Below, in pieces: positions 36,121-44,619 of a DNA stretch of 64,000 nucleotides. Both the position numbers and the translations under genes were made by a program. Source of the stretch: an uncultured Bifidobacteriaceae bacterium (lineage in GTDB: Bacteria; Actinomycetota; Acidimicrobiia; IMCC26256; DASPTH01); assembly GCA_964505725.1 (NCBI GenBank), contig CAZDJK010000010.1, positions 49,158-113,157 on the forward strand. The letters run 5' to 3'. The notes under the pieces are model-generated. The model was not told where the DNA came from and made no database searches. It saw only the letters and a list, made by a program, of their open reading frames with translations. The number at the start of each line of letters is the position of its first letter. Positions within the stretch are counted from its first letter, which is position 1.

Positions 36121-38754
36121 GTGGCCGGGACACTTCGCGCCTCGTTCGCGGCCGAGCGGCACTTCCCGCTCGACCCGTTCCAGGAGCAGGCACTCGACGC
36201 GCTCGACGGGGGCACCCACGTGCTTGTCGCTGCGCCGACCGGGTCGGGCAAGACGCTGGTCGCGGAGTACGCGATCGAGCAGGCGCTCGCCATCGGCTCG
36301 AAGGCCTTCTACACCACACCGCTGAAGGCGCTCTCGAACCAGAAGTACAGCGACCTGGCACGCGCGTACGGGGCTTCCCGTGTCGGTCTCCTGACCGGTG
36401 ACAACTCGGTCAACGGCGACGCCCCGCTCGTGGTCATGACGACCGAGGTGCTCCGCAACATGATCTACGCGGCGTCCCCGGCGCTCGACGGCCTGCGCGT
36501 GGTCGTGCTCGACGAGGTGCACTACCTCCAGGACCGCTACCGGGGACCGGTGTGGGAAGAGGTGATCGTGCACCTCGATGCAGCCGTGCGGCTCGTGTGC
36601 CTCTCGGCGACGGTCTCGAACGCCGAGGAGGTCGCCGCGTGGATCGAGACCGTGCGCGGCCCGACCACCGCGGTCATCGAGGAGCGACGCCCGGTGCGCC
36701 TGGAGCATCGCTACCTGGTCGCCGAGCGCGGCCGCGACGACCTCATGCTTCTCCCGACCTTCGTCGCGGACGGCGACGATGTCCGGCCCAACCCGGAGGC
36801 CCACGCGCTCGACTCGCGGGGCAGCCGCGGCCGCAACCCCCGGATGCGCGACCGGGGACGGCTCCGTACCCCGGGAAGGGTCGAGACCGTGGAGCGGCTC
36901 TGGTCCGAAGGCATGCTGCCGGCGATCGAGTTCGTGTTCAGCCGCGCCGGTTGCGACCAGGCGGTCGAGCAGTGTGTCGCCGCGGGCCTGCGGCTCACAG
37001 ACCCGGACGAGCGGCCGCGCATCCGTGAGATCGCGGAGGCCGAGACCGCGTCGCTCGAAGACGCCGACCTCGAGGTGCTGCGCTACGGCCGGTGGCTCAG
37101 CGCGCTCGAAGCCGGCTTCGCGGCCCACCACGCCGGGATGGTGCCGCCCATGAAGGAAGGGGTGGAGAAGGCGTTCGCGGCGGGGCTCGTCAAGGTCGTG
37201 TTCGCCACGGAGACCCTCGCGCTCGGCATCAACATGCCCGCGAAGTCGGTCGTGATCGAGAAGCTCTCGAAGTTCACCGGGGAGCGCCACGAGTTCCTCA
37301 CGCCGGGGGAGTACACCCAACTCACCGGGCGCGCGGGTCGACGGGGGATCGACGAGCTCGGCTACGCGGTCGTGTGCTGGAGCCCCTTCGTCCCGTTCGA
37401 CCAGGTCGCCTCGCTCGCGGCGCGCCGAACCGACGCGTTGCGCTCGTCGTTCCGCCCCACGTACAACATGGCCGCCAACCTCGTGCGCCGCTACGACGCC
37501 GCCGAGGCCCACCACCTGTTGAACCTGTCCTTCGCGCAGTTCCACGCCGATCGCGACGTCGTGGCGCTCGAGCGCCAGCTCGAGCGGAGCAACGAGATGC
37601 TTGCCCGGGCCCGTGAACGCGCGCACAGCGACTTCGGGGACCTCGAGGACTACCGGCGCCTCTCCGCCGAGCTCGACGAGCTCCGACGCCACCGGGGAAC
37701 CGCTCGGCGCATCGCGGGCGCGATGGAGGCGCTCCGACCGGGGGACGTGATCGTGGTGCCGCGGCGGGGCGGTCGCCTCGTCGTCCTCGCCCACGACCAC
37801 CGCCGCAACGGGAGCACGCGCGTGCTCGCGCTCGGCACCGGTCGCAGCCTCGTGCGCGTCGGCCCGGACGACTTCGACGCGCCTCCGCAGCGCCTGGCGA
37901 CGATCGAGCTCCCGCAACCATTCGCACCCCGTAACCCCGCGTTTCGCCGGGTGGCGACCGAGCGCCTCCGACGGGCGCGACTCGCCGACGGCGGCGGGCG
38001 CGACCGCGGCGCGGACCGACGCGAGAGCGACCTCGTCGACCGGCTCGCGGCCCACCCGGTCGCCCGCGATCCGGACCTCGCGGCCAAGCTCCGCGCCGCC
38101 GATGCGGTGGCGCGCCTGTCGCGTGACGTGGCGCGGAGCGAGCGGCGCGTGCGCGGCCGGAGCGAGAGCCTGGCGCGGCAGTTCGACCGGGTCCTCCGCG
38201 TGCTCGAGGCATGGGGGTATGTCGACGGCTGGTCGTTGACCGACGACGGCCAGTGCCTGGCGCGGATCTACACCGAGACCGACCTGATGCTCGCCGAGGC
38301 GTTGCGTGAGGACCTGCTCGACGGCCTGCAGCCGGCGGAGCTCGCGGCCGTGGTGTCGTGCTTCACCTACGAACGGCGGGGTCCCGACGGCCAGGGACCG
38401 GTCGCACCCCCGCGCTGGCCGACCAAAACCGTCGCCCAGCGCGCGCGGGCGATCGAGCGCATCGCGGGTGGGCTCAACCAGAACGAGGACGACGCCGGTC
38501 TCCCGGAGACCCGCGCACCCGACCCCGGCTTCACCCCGTACGCGTACGAGTGGGCCTCGGGCGACCCCCTGGGCGACGTGCTCGACGACGACGAGATGAC
38601 GGGTGGCGACTTCGTGCGCAACGTCAAGCAGGTGGTCGACCTCCTCGGCCAGGTCGGGGAGGTCGCGCCGAACGAGCACACCCGCTCGACGGCGCGTGCC
38701 GCGGTGCAGGCGTGCCTACGCGGCGTCGTCGCGGCCTCGAGCATGACAGCATGA
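36121..38754 (+). CDS. helY: Ski2-like DEAD/DEAH-box RNA helicase HelY
   Basis: Track ORF 36121..38754 (877 aa). It has Walker A APTGSGKT, DEVH and SAT motifs. Its position after tatC matches mycobacteria (tatA-tatC-helY). Confidence 0.9.
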   Translation: MAGTLRASFAAERHFPLDPFQEQALDALDGGTHVLVAAPTGSGKTLVAEYAIEQALAIGSKAFYTTPLKALSNQKYSDLARAYGASRVGLLTGDNSVNGDAPLVVMTTEVLRNMIYAASPALDGLRVVVLDEVHYLQDRYRGPVWEEVIVHLDAAVRLVCLSATVSNAEEVAAWIETVRGPTTAVIEERRPVRLEHRYLVAERGRDDLMLLPTFVADGDDVRPNPEAHALDSRGSRGRNPRMRDRGRLRTPGRVETVERLWSEGMLPAIEFVFSRAGCDQAVEQCVAAGLRLTDPDERPRIREIAEAETASLEDADLEVLRYGRWLSALEAGFAAHHAGMVPPMKEGVEKAFAAGLVKVVFATETLALGINMPAKSVVIEKLSKFTGERHEFLTPGEYTQLTGRAGRRGIDELGYAVVCWSPFVPFDQVASLAARRTDALRSSFRPTYNMAANLVRRYDAAEAHHLLNLSFAQFHADRDVVALERQLERSNEMLARARERAHSDFGDLEDYRRLSAELDELRRHRGTARRIAGAMEALRPGDVIVVPRRGGRLVVLAHDHRRNGSTRVLALGTGRSLVRVGPDDFDAPPQRLATIELPQPFAPRNPAFRRVATERLRRARLADGGGRDRGADRRESDLVDRLAAHPVARDPDLAAKLRAADAVARLSRDVARSERRVRGRSESLARQFDRVLRVLEAWGYVDGWSLTDDGQCLARIYTETDLMLAEALREDLLDGLQPAELAAVVSCFTYERRGPDGQGPVAPPRWPTKTVAQRARAIERIAGGLNQNEDDAGLPETRAPDPGFTPYAYEWASGDPLGDVLDDDEMTGGDFVRNVKQVVDLLGQVGEVAPNEHTRSTARAAVQACLRGVVAASSMTA

Positions 38755-38770
38755 ACCCCGCGGGCTGCCG

Positions 38771-39442
38771 GTGATCACCCGGGGCCAGCCGTGGGGAGGG
38801 CCGGCGCGGGGATCTCCGGACGTCGTCGTGGAGGGCGATGACGCCGCGCTCGCCGCGGCGGTCGGTGGGCGCCCGGGGGCCCGCGTCGCGTTCGTACCGG
38901 CTTCAGCGTCGGACCTCGCGCGCGCAATCGGGATGGTCGCCGGTGGGGCACCGGCGCACGGCTACTCGACCGAGCTGCCCTGCGACCTCATCCGGGCGGA
39001 CGCGGACGCGCGCCCTTTCGTCGCGGTGAACATGATCGTCCTCGGCGTCGCGCCGGATCGCCAGCGCCGGTGGTCGCGCACGATCCGCGTGCGCGTCACG
39101 GTCGACGGGCGCACGTGCCACGACGGCGATGCGAACGCGGTGGTGTGCGCGAGCGGCGAGTACCTGCGCGGCGCGGATGTCGTGCCGCGCGGTCATCCCG
39201 GCGACGGCCGGCTCGAGGTCCAGGTGTACGCACTCGCCGGACGCGACCGGGCCCGGCTCCGCGGCAGGGTGTCCGCGGGTGTGCACCTCCCGCATCCCGG
39301 CATCCGCACCGTCGCCGGCCGGATGGTCGAGATCGAGTCGCTCGGGGCCGCCGTCCCGCTCGAGGCCGACGGCCACCCGCTCGATCCGGCCCGCGCCCTC
39401 AGGGCCGAGGTCGTCCCGGAGGCCTTCTCCCTGCTGGTCTGA
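38771..39442 (+). CDS. Diacylglycerol-kinase-fold-like protein, short and apparently degenerate
   Basis: Track ORF 38771..39442 (223 aa). The C-terminal part (GDGRLEVQVY...LEADGHPL) resembles the DAGK/YegS accessory domain. The position expected for GGDGT reads EGDDA. Confidence 0.4.
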   Translation: MITRGQPWGGPARGSPDVVVEGDDAALAAAVGGRPGARVAFVPASASDLARAIGMVAGGAPAHGYSTELPCDLIRADADARPFVAVNMIVLGVAPDRQRRWSRTIRVRVTVDGRTCHDGDANAVVCASGEYLRGADVVPRGHPGDGRLEVQVYALAGRDRARLRGRVSAGVHLPHPGIRTVAGRMVEIESLGAAVPLEADGHPLDPARALRAEVVPEAFSLLV

Positions 39443-39538
39443 TCCGGGGGGCCGGGCCGCGGGTGCCGCGGCGTCCGCGGACCCGGCTCGAGCCGCCGAT
39501 ACCATCGGCCGTCCACAGGCGACGGAGGCCAGGGACCG

Positions 39539-41143
39539 GTGGGCGTGTACACCTCGGAGCAGTTCACCGACGACGAGGCCGCGGTCCTTCGCCCCTATTT
39601 CACCAACCTCGACCAGCCCGTCTTCGCGCTGGTCAACCTTCCCGAGGTCGTGAAGGGCGCGCTGTTCGCGCGCTACTCGCGCACCCACAAGAGCCTGCGC
39701 CGGCTGTTCCTCGACGAGTTCGTCTCCGATCTCGACCTCACCGGCGACCTCACCGTCGACGCCACCGTCGGCCTCAGGCGCGCCGAGGAGCTCTACGAAC
39801 GGGTCTTCTTCGAGTACGGCGACGACTCCGTCGCGCAGCTCGGCGGCGTGCACCTCGCCTGCGAGCAGGCTTCGAACCTGCTCACGAAGATCCTCGAGTG
39901 GGGACGCCTCATGTCCTACCTCGAGCAGTCGACGCGGTACATCCCGTACGACGCCAAGCTTGGCGGTCGGTATCGCTACTACCGGGACACCGCGGTGCTC
40001 GCGAACCGGGACCTCGCGTGGCGCTACATCGCCGATCTCGACTCGTTGTTCGAGACCTATCGAGGGATGCTCCCGGTACTCACGGACTGGGCGCGCGAGC
40101 GCTACCCCAAGGACCCGGCCGACTCGCACTTCGTGTACAAGCAGACGATCCGGGCCAAGGCCTGTGACGCGGCCCGCGGCGTGCTCCCCGCGGCGACGCT
40201 GTCGAACGTCGGCGTCTACGGCACCGGGCAGGCGTTCGAGGCGCTCCTGCTCCGGATGCGCGCCCACCCCCTGCCCGAGGCGCGCAGCTACGCCGCGCTC
40301 ATGCTGGAGGAGCTGCGCAAGGTGATCCCGTCGTTCCTCACCCGGGTCGACCGTGAGGACCGCGGGATCGCCTGGAGCGCTTACCTCGCGGAGACCCGCC
40401 ACGCGACCGCCGCCCTGGTGGCACGCCTCTTCGACGGGGAGACGGCGGAGCCCCGCCCGTCGGTGACCCTCACCGACTTCGACCCCGAGGCCGAGGACAA
40501 GCTCCTCGCGGCGGTCTGCTACCCGCACACCAGCCTGCCCGAGGACCAGGTGCTCGCCCGGGTCCGCCTGATGGGGCACGACGAGCGGGTCGCGTTGCTG
40601 CGGGCGTACGTCGGCGAGCGGCGCAACCGCCGTCACAAGCCGGGGCGCGGCTTCGAGCGCGTGGGGTACCGCTTCGACGTGCTCGCCGACTACGGGGCGT
40701 TCCGCGACCTGCAACGCCACCGCATGCTCACGATCGAGTGGCAGGCGCTCTCGACGATGCACGGCTACGAGGTGCCGGACCCGGTCGCGGAGGCCGGGCT
40801 CCGCCCTGCGTTCGAGACCGCGATGGCGACGTCGGCCGCGTTGTACGACGCGCTGTCCGACGACTACCCGGGCCAGGCTCCGTATGCGGTGTCGCTCGCG
40901 TACCGGGTGCGCTTCGTCATGCAGATGAACGCGCGCGAAGCGATGCACCTGCTCGAGCTGCGGACCGCGCCCGCGGGACACGCCGCGTACCGGTTCGTGG
41001 GGCAGGAGATGCACCGGCTCATCGCCGAGCAGGCCGGCCACCGCGCGATCGCCGACGCCATGATGTACGTCGACCACCGGGAGTACGACCTCGAGCGCCT
41101 GGACGCGGAGCGCGCCGCGGAGGCGCGCCGCGACGCGGAGTGA
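39539..41143 (+). CDS. Long ThyX-like (FAD-dependent thymidylate synthase family) protein
   Basis: Track ORF 39539..41143 (534 aa). It has an RHR motif (LQRHRMLT) and an ARYSR element reminiscent of ThyX, but at about twice the length of canonical ThyX. Confidence 0.5.
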   Translation: MGVYTSEQFTDDEAAVLRPYFTNLDQPVFALVNLPEVVKGALFARYSRTHKSLRRLFLDEFVSDLDLTGDLTVDATVGLRRAEELYERVFFEYGDDSVAQLGGVHLACEQASNLLTKILEWGRLMSYLEQSTRYIPYDAKLGGRYRYYRDTAVLANRDLAWRYIADLDSLFETYRGMLPVLTDWARERYPKDPADSHFVYKQTIRAKACDAARGVLPAATLSNVGVYGTGQAFEALLLRMRAHPLPEARSYAALMLEELRKVIPSFLTRVDREDRGIAWSAYLAETRHATAALVARLFDGETAEPRPSVTLTDFDPEAEDKLLAAVCYPHTSLPEDQVLARVRLMGHDERVALLRAYVGERRNRRHKPGRGFERVGYRFDVLADYGAFRDLQRHRMLTIEWQALSTMHGYEVPDPVAEAGLRPAFETAMATSAALYDALSDDYPGQAPYAVSLAYRVRFVMQMNAREAMHLLELRTAPAGHAAYRFVGQEMHRLIAEQAGHRAIADAMMYVDHREYDLERLDAERAAEARRDAE

Positions 41144-41191
41144 TCCGGGCTGCTCCGGACGGTGGCCGAGCGAAAAAATTCGCGTGACCCC

Positions 41192-41223
41192 TGACCAGGA
41201 TCGACGCGCGTCGGCGCTGGTCA
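41192..41223 (+). terminator. GC-rich hairpin downstream of the ThyX-like gene
   Basis: tgaccag (41192-41198) pairs with ctggtca (41217-41223). The stem encloses the 12-nt palindrome cgacgcgcgtcg (41202-41213). A smaller hairpin, gcgaa-aaaa-ttcgc, lies at 41169-41182. There is no U-tract. Confidence 0.4.
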
Positions 41224-41284
41224 CGGCGCTCTGCGGTGGCTCCGCCGGCCTTGACAGCGACCCCCGCGGTAGGGCGTACTACGG

Positions 41285-41695
41285 GTCGTCCTGAACCGGG
41301 CGGCAGAGCGGCCTCGGCAAGAGGGTACCGAGCACACTGCGCACGATTCGTGCCATCGGGGGTGAGGTTCCGTGTCCTCGGGGCCGCCGCGGCCGGGAAC
41401 GGACGCGGGGGTTCAGGAGACCAAGTAGAGAACGCTGGAATAACCCCGTCTGCACGGCAGGCAGGGCCAAACAGTGGCCCCAACGGTCTCCTGGACCCCT
41501 CTCCTTTCTCCTGGACCCTCTCTTCGCGCCGGTGTGTCGCGCTGACCAAGGGCACCGACAGTCTGGGCCCCAACGGTCTCCTGGACCCCTCTGTCATTCC
41601 TCTCGCACCGGTGTGTCCGCCGACCAGGGCACCGACGGACTGGACCTTTCTTCTTCCTGTCCGTCCGACGCTCGTACCGACCGCGTCGGGCGGTG
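41285..41695 (+). ncRNA. Candidate structured non-coding RNA / regulatory repeat array (family unknown)
   Basis: There is no credible ORF. TTGACA sits at 41251. The segment 41408-41422 is complementary to three downstream sites and one upstream site. It contains a 27-bp perfect direct repeat with 90-bp period and a terminal hairpin at 41661-41693. Strand and boundaries are guesses. Confidence 0.3.
41476..41592. repeat. 27-bp perfect direct repeat pair (ggccccaacggtctcctggacccctct), 90-bp period, part of a longer imperfect tandem duplication
   Basis: The copies are at 41476-41502 and 41566-41592. The units also share ccggtgtgtc and gaccaRgggcaccgac blocks. The first unit carries an extra internal copy, tctcctggaccc, at 41507-41518. 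Confidence 0.9.
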
Positions 41696-41747
41696 GGAAT
41701 ACCGGGATGACGGCGGCGGTTCGGGACGCGACGCGCCGGATGTGCGG

Positions 41748-41756
41748 TGTTATATT
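41748..41756 (+). promoter_or_regulatory. Putative extended -10 promoter element (tgtTATATT) for the DUF4193-like gene
   Basis: TATATT at 41751-41756 is preceded by TGt, about 30 nt upstream of the ATG at 41786. GGAG lies at 41777-41780. Confidence 0.35.
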
Positions 41757-41785
41757 CCGCGGCCCTTCACCCGCTCGGAGCCCCC

Positions 41786-42271
41786 ATGAGCGACGACGAA
41801 TTCGACGATCCGAACGACATGGAGCTGGAAGAGTTCGACGAGGACGACCTCGACGAGCAGGACCTCGCAGACGACTCCGACGACGTCGACGACCTCATCA
41901 CGGACGACGCCGAGGACGACGACATCGAGCTCCTGCCCGAGGTACCGGTCGCGGTCGTCACCGATGATCCCAGCACCGAGACCGCCGAGGAAGAGGAGGA
42001 CGACGTCCTCGACCTCGACGAGGAGCTCCACCCCGACGACGTCGAGGAGCCGCTCGACGTGCTCCTCCAGGAGCGCACCGCGAGTGCGACCCTGGAGGAC
42101 GATGAGGAAGAGCTCGAAGACGAGGACGTGGATGCCGATGACCGCGGGGATGGGCCCACCCGTATCGTCCCACGGCGTGCCGACGAGTTCCTCTGCCAGT
42201 CCTGCTTCCTCCTCCTCCCGCTGCGCCGACTCGCCGACGAGGAGCGGCAGTACTGCGACGACTGCGCCTGA
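41786..42271 (+). CDS. Highly acidic protein with C-terminal zinc ribbon, DUF4193-like
   Basis: ATG at 41786 within track ORF 41747..42271 gives 161 aa. A long Asp/Glu-rich region is followed by CQSC...CDDC. Confidence 0.7.
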   Translation: MSDDEFDDPNDMELEEFDEDDLDEQDLADDSDDVDDLITDDAEDDDIELLPEVPVAVVTDDPSTETAEEEEDDVLDLDEELHPDDVEEPLDVLLQERTASATLEDDEEELEDEDVDADDRGDGPTRIVPRRADEFLCQSCFLLLPLRRLADEERQYCDDCA

Positions 42272-42278
42272 TACCCGG

Positions 42279-43820
42279 CTGACCGCCGCCTCCTCGCCGG
42301 GCCCGGGGCCCACGCGGCCGCGACGCAGGTTCTGGTGGCGTTCCCGGGCCCACTGGGTCCGGATCGGCGCGTCGCTCGCAGGCGGGGTGCTGACCGGGTT
42401 CTGCTTCCCCCCGTACGACCTCGGCCCCGTTGTGCTGGTCGCACTGGTGCCGCTGCTGTGGGCGTGGCGCGCGGCGCGGCCACGCCACGCCGCGCTGTAC
42501 GGATTCGCGTTCGGGATCGGCTGCTACGGCGTCGTGCTCGAGTGGGTGCGGTACTTCGGTGCGGTCGCGATCGTGCCCCTGGTGGGCGTCATGACCCTCG
42601 CGGTCGCGGTGGCGGGCGCAACGGTCGCGGCGCTGGCCCGGCGACGGGTGTCGTCGCCGCTGCTGACGGCCGCGGTCTGGGTGGTGCTCGAGTACATCCG
42701 GGGGCGCTGGCCCCTCGGCGGCTTCCCCTGGGCCGACCTCGGCGTCGCGCTCCACGGCAGCGGCGCGGCCCGTGCGATCGCGAGCCTCGGCGGCACGCTG
42801 CTCGTGTCGTTCGTCGTGGTCGTGACCAACGGCTTCGTGCTCGATGCGCTGCTGGCGGTCCGCGACCATCGCCGGAAGGCGGGTCTGGTCGCCGCGGCCG
42901 GCCTGGTCGGGGTGGTCGCGTTCGCGGGGATCGCGGTCGTCGCGCGGTACGACCCGACGCCGACCGGCCACCTGCGATTCGCGCTGCTCCAAGGCGACGA
43001 CCGCGAGCTCCCGCTCGCGCGGCAGACCACGCAACGGCTCACCGCGGCGCACCTCGCCCTCGCCGACCAGCTCCGCGGGCACTACGACCTGATCGTGTTC
43101 CCCGAGTCGGCCCTCGACACCGACCCTCAGCTCGATCCCGCGCTCGCCGTTTCGCTCACGCGCATCGCAAGAGCGCACGGCGCGAGCGTGCTCGTGAACG
43201 CACGCACTCCCGCACCCGACGGCCTCGTCCGCAACTCCAACCTGCTCTACGGCCCCGACGGCACGCTCGAGGGCGTCTACTCGAAGCAGCACCTGGTGCC
43301 GTTCGGCGAGTACGTCCCATGGCGCAACGAGCTCGGGTTCATCGGTGAGCTCCGCCAGATCCCGTACGACTTCGCGCCCGGCCATCGCAACGTGATGTTC
43401 CGCGTCGCCGGCCACCGCGTCGGCTCGGTGATCTGCTTCGAGTCCGCATTCGCGCCGCTCGTGCGCGACTACGTGCGCGACGGCGCGGAGGCGATCGTGG
43501 TGAGCACGAGCAACCGCTCCTATCGCCGCTCCGGCAACGCGGCCCAACACCTGGCGCTGAGCCAGATGCGCGCCGCCGAGACCGCGCGCCCGGTGCTCCA
43601 GGCGTCGGTGTCGGGGATCAGCGGCGTCATCGATGCGCAGGGCAACGTGCACGACACGACGCGCCTCTTCGAGCGGGCTCTCGTGCGGGGCGAGATCACG
43701 ACGACGACCGGGGAGACTCCGTACGTGCGCTTCGGCGACTGGATCGTGCTGCTCTCCGCAATGGGGGTCGTTGCCGCCGCGGTCCTCGCGCTCACGCGGT
43801 CGCGCGGACGCACCCACTGA
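42279..43820 (+). CDS. lnt: Apolipoprotein N-acyltransferase
   Basis: Tail of track ORF 41964..43820. It has N-terminal TM helices (FCFPPYDLGP...) and a C-terminal CN-hydrolase domain (FPESAL, KQHLVPFGEYVP, ICFESAF). The start is unresolved. There is no ATG/GTG/TTG between 42180 and 42386. CTG at 42279 is used here as a placeholder; GTG 42177 and GTG 42387 are the alternatives. Confidence 0.8.
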   Translation: MTAASSPGPGPTRPRRRFWWRSRAHWVRIGASLAGGVLTGFCFPPYDLGPVVLVALVPLLWAWRAARPRHAALYGFAFGIGCYGVVLEWVRYFGAVAIVPLVGVMTLAVAVAGATVAALARRRVSSPLLTAAVWVVLEYIRGRWPLGGFPWADLGVALHGSGAARAIASLGGTLLVSFVVVVTNGFVLDALLAVRDHRRKAGLVAAAGLVGVVAFAGIAVVARYDPTPTGHLRFALLQGDDRELPLARQTTQRLTAAHLALADQLRGHYDLIVFPESALDTDPQLDPALAVSLTRIARAHGASVLVNARTPAPDGLVRNSNLLYGPDGTLEGVYSKQHLVPFGEYVPWRNELGFIGELRQIPYDFAPGHRNVMFRVAGHRVGSVICFESAFAPLVRDYVRDGAEAIVVSTSNRSYRRSGNAAQHLALSQMRAAETARPVLQASVSGISGVIDAQGNVHDTTRLFERALVRGEITTTTGETPYVRFGDWIVLLSAMGVVAAAVLALTRSRGRTH

Positions 43821-43830
43821 GCCCGTTCGA

Positions 43831-44583
43831 TCAGACCAGCAGCCGGATCGCGGCCACGAGGCCGACGGCAACGATCACGACCCTCAACAGCCCTGCGTCC
43901 AACCGACGCCCGACGTGGGCACCGAGCTGGCCACCGAGGACCGAGCCGACCGCGATCAGCGCCGACACCTCCCACACGACGTGGGCGGCGAAGACGAAGA
44001 TCAGCGCCGCGACCCCGTTGGCGATCATCGCGAGGACGTTCTTGACGCCGTTGAGCCGCTGCAGGTCGTCGACGATGAAGATGCCGAGCAGCGCCAGCAG
44101 GATGACGCCCTGGCCGGCGCCGAAGTAGCCGCCGTACACCCCGGTGACGAAGATGCAGGCGTACAACACGGGCCCACCGTGTTCCATCGGTTGGCGCCGT
44201 CGCTTGACGACCCACGTGCTCACGCGGGGCTGCACGATCACCAGTCCGCAGGCGATCAGGATCAGCACGGGGACGACGGCGTCGAACACCGAGCTCGGCA
44301 GCGTGAGCAGCAGGATCCCGCCGATGATCCCACCAAGGAGCGAGGCGCTCCCGAGGAGCAACACCCGGCGGCGCTGGCCCTGCAGCTCGCGCCGGTAGCC
44401 CACTGCACCGCTCATCGCCCCGAACACGAGCCCGACGGTGTTGCTGACGTTGGCCGTCACCGGCGCGTAGCCGAACGCGAGCAAGGTGGGGAAGGTGATG
44501 AGGGAGCCCGAACCCACGACGGTGTTGATCGTCCCCGCGCAGAGCCCGGCGCCGAAGATGGCCAGCGCCTCGAGAACCGACAT
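43831..44583 (-). CDS. Sulfite exporter TauE/SafE family membrane protein
   Basis: Track ORF 43831..44583 (250 aa). It is multi-TM and starts with the typical GAGLCAGTINTVVGSGSLITFP motif. Confidence 0.8.
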   Translation of the reverse strand: MSVLEALAIFGAGLCAGTINTVVGSGSLITFPTLLAFGYAPVTANVSNTVGLVFGAMSGAVGYRRELQGQRRRVLLLGSASLLGGIIGGILLLTLPSSVFDAVVPVLILIACGLVIVQPRVSTWVVKRRRQPMEHGGPVLYACIFVTGVYGGYFGAGQGVILLALLGIFIVDDLQRLNGVKNVLAMIANGVAALIFVFAAHVVWEVSALIAVGSVLGGQLGAHVGRRLDAGLLRVVIVAVGLVAAIRLLV

Positions 44584-44619
44584 GGGCCTCGTAGACTACG
44601 GGCGGAAAGGGAGGTGGCT

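Noticed and set aside
35932-38679. Very long antisense or alternate-frame ORFs throughout the track. Examples are 35932..38679 minus, 58497..61112 plus, 13041..15017 plus, 7138..9036 plus, 15238..16878 minus, 51544..53748 plus and 38903..41224 minus.
   Set aside because: They mirror well-supported genes on the other strand and are Arg/Gly/Pro/Ala/Asp-rich with no motifs. This is the expected stop-codon-poor shadow of high-GC coding sequence.
41318-41425. Possible cobalamin riboswitch. The elements aagaggg (41318), ggtgaggttccgtg (41360) and tcaggagacc (41413) resemble the GGTGAGAATCC and CAGGAGACC (B12-box) elements.
   Set aside because: The core elements I expect between them (CCCGCAACTGT-like and GCCACTG) are absent on this strand. 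The spacing is far too short, and the downstream gene has no B12 link. It should still be tested with cmscan.
41476-41592. CRISPR-like array, suggested by the regularly spaced 27-bp repeat.
   Set aside because: There are only two full copies. The intervening 'spacers' are themselves homologous (a tandem duplication). There are no cas genes in the window.
41236-41967. Track ORF 41236..41967, considered as a repeat-containing protein because GPNGLLDPS occurs twice.
   Set aside because: The peptide repeat is just the translated 27-bp DNA repeat. The frame runs into and through the DUF4193-like gene out of frame. Composition and GC pattern look non-coding.
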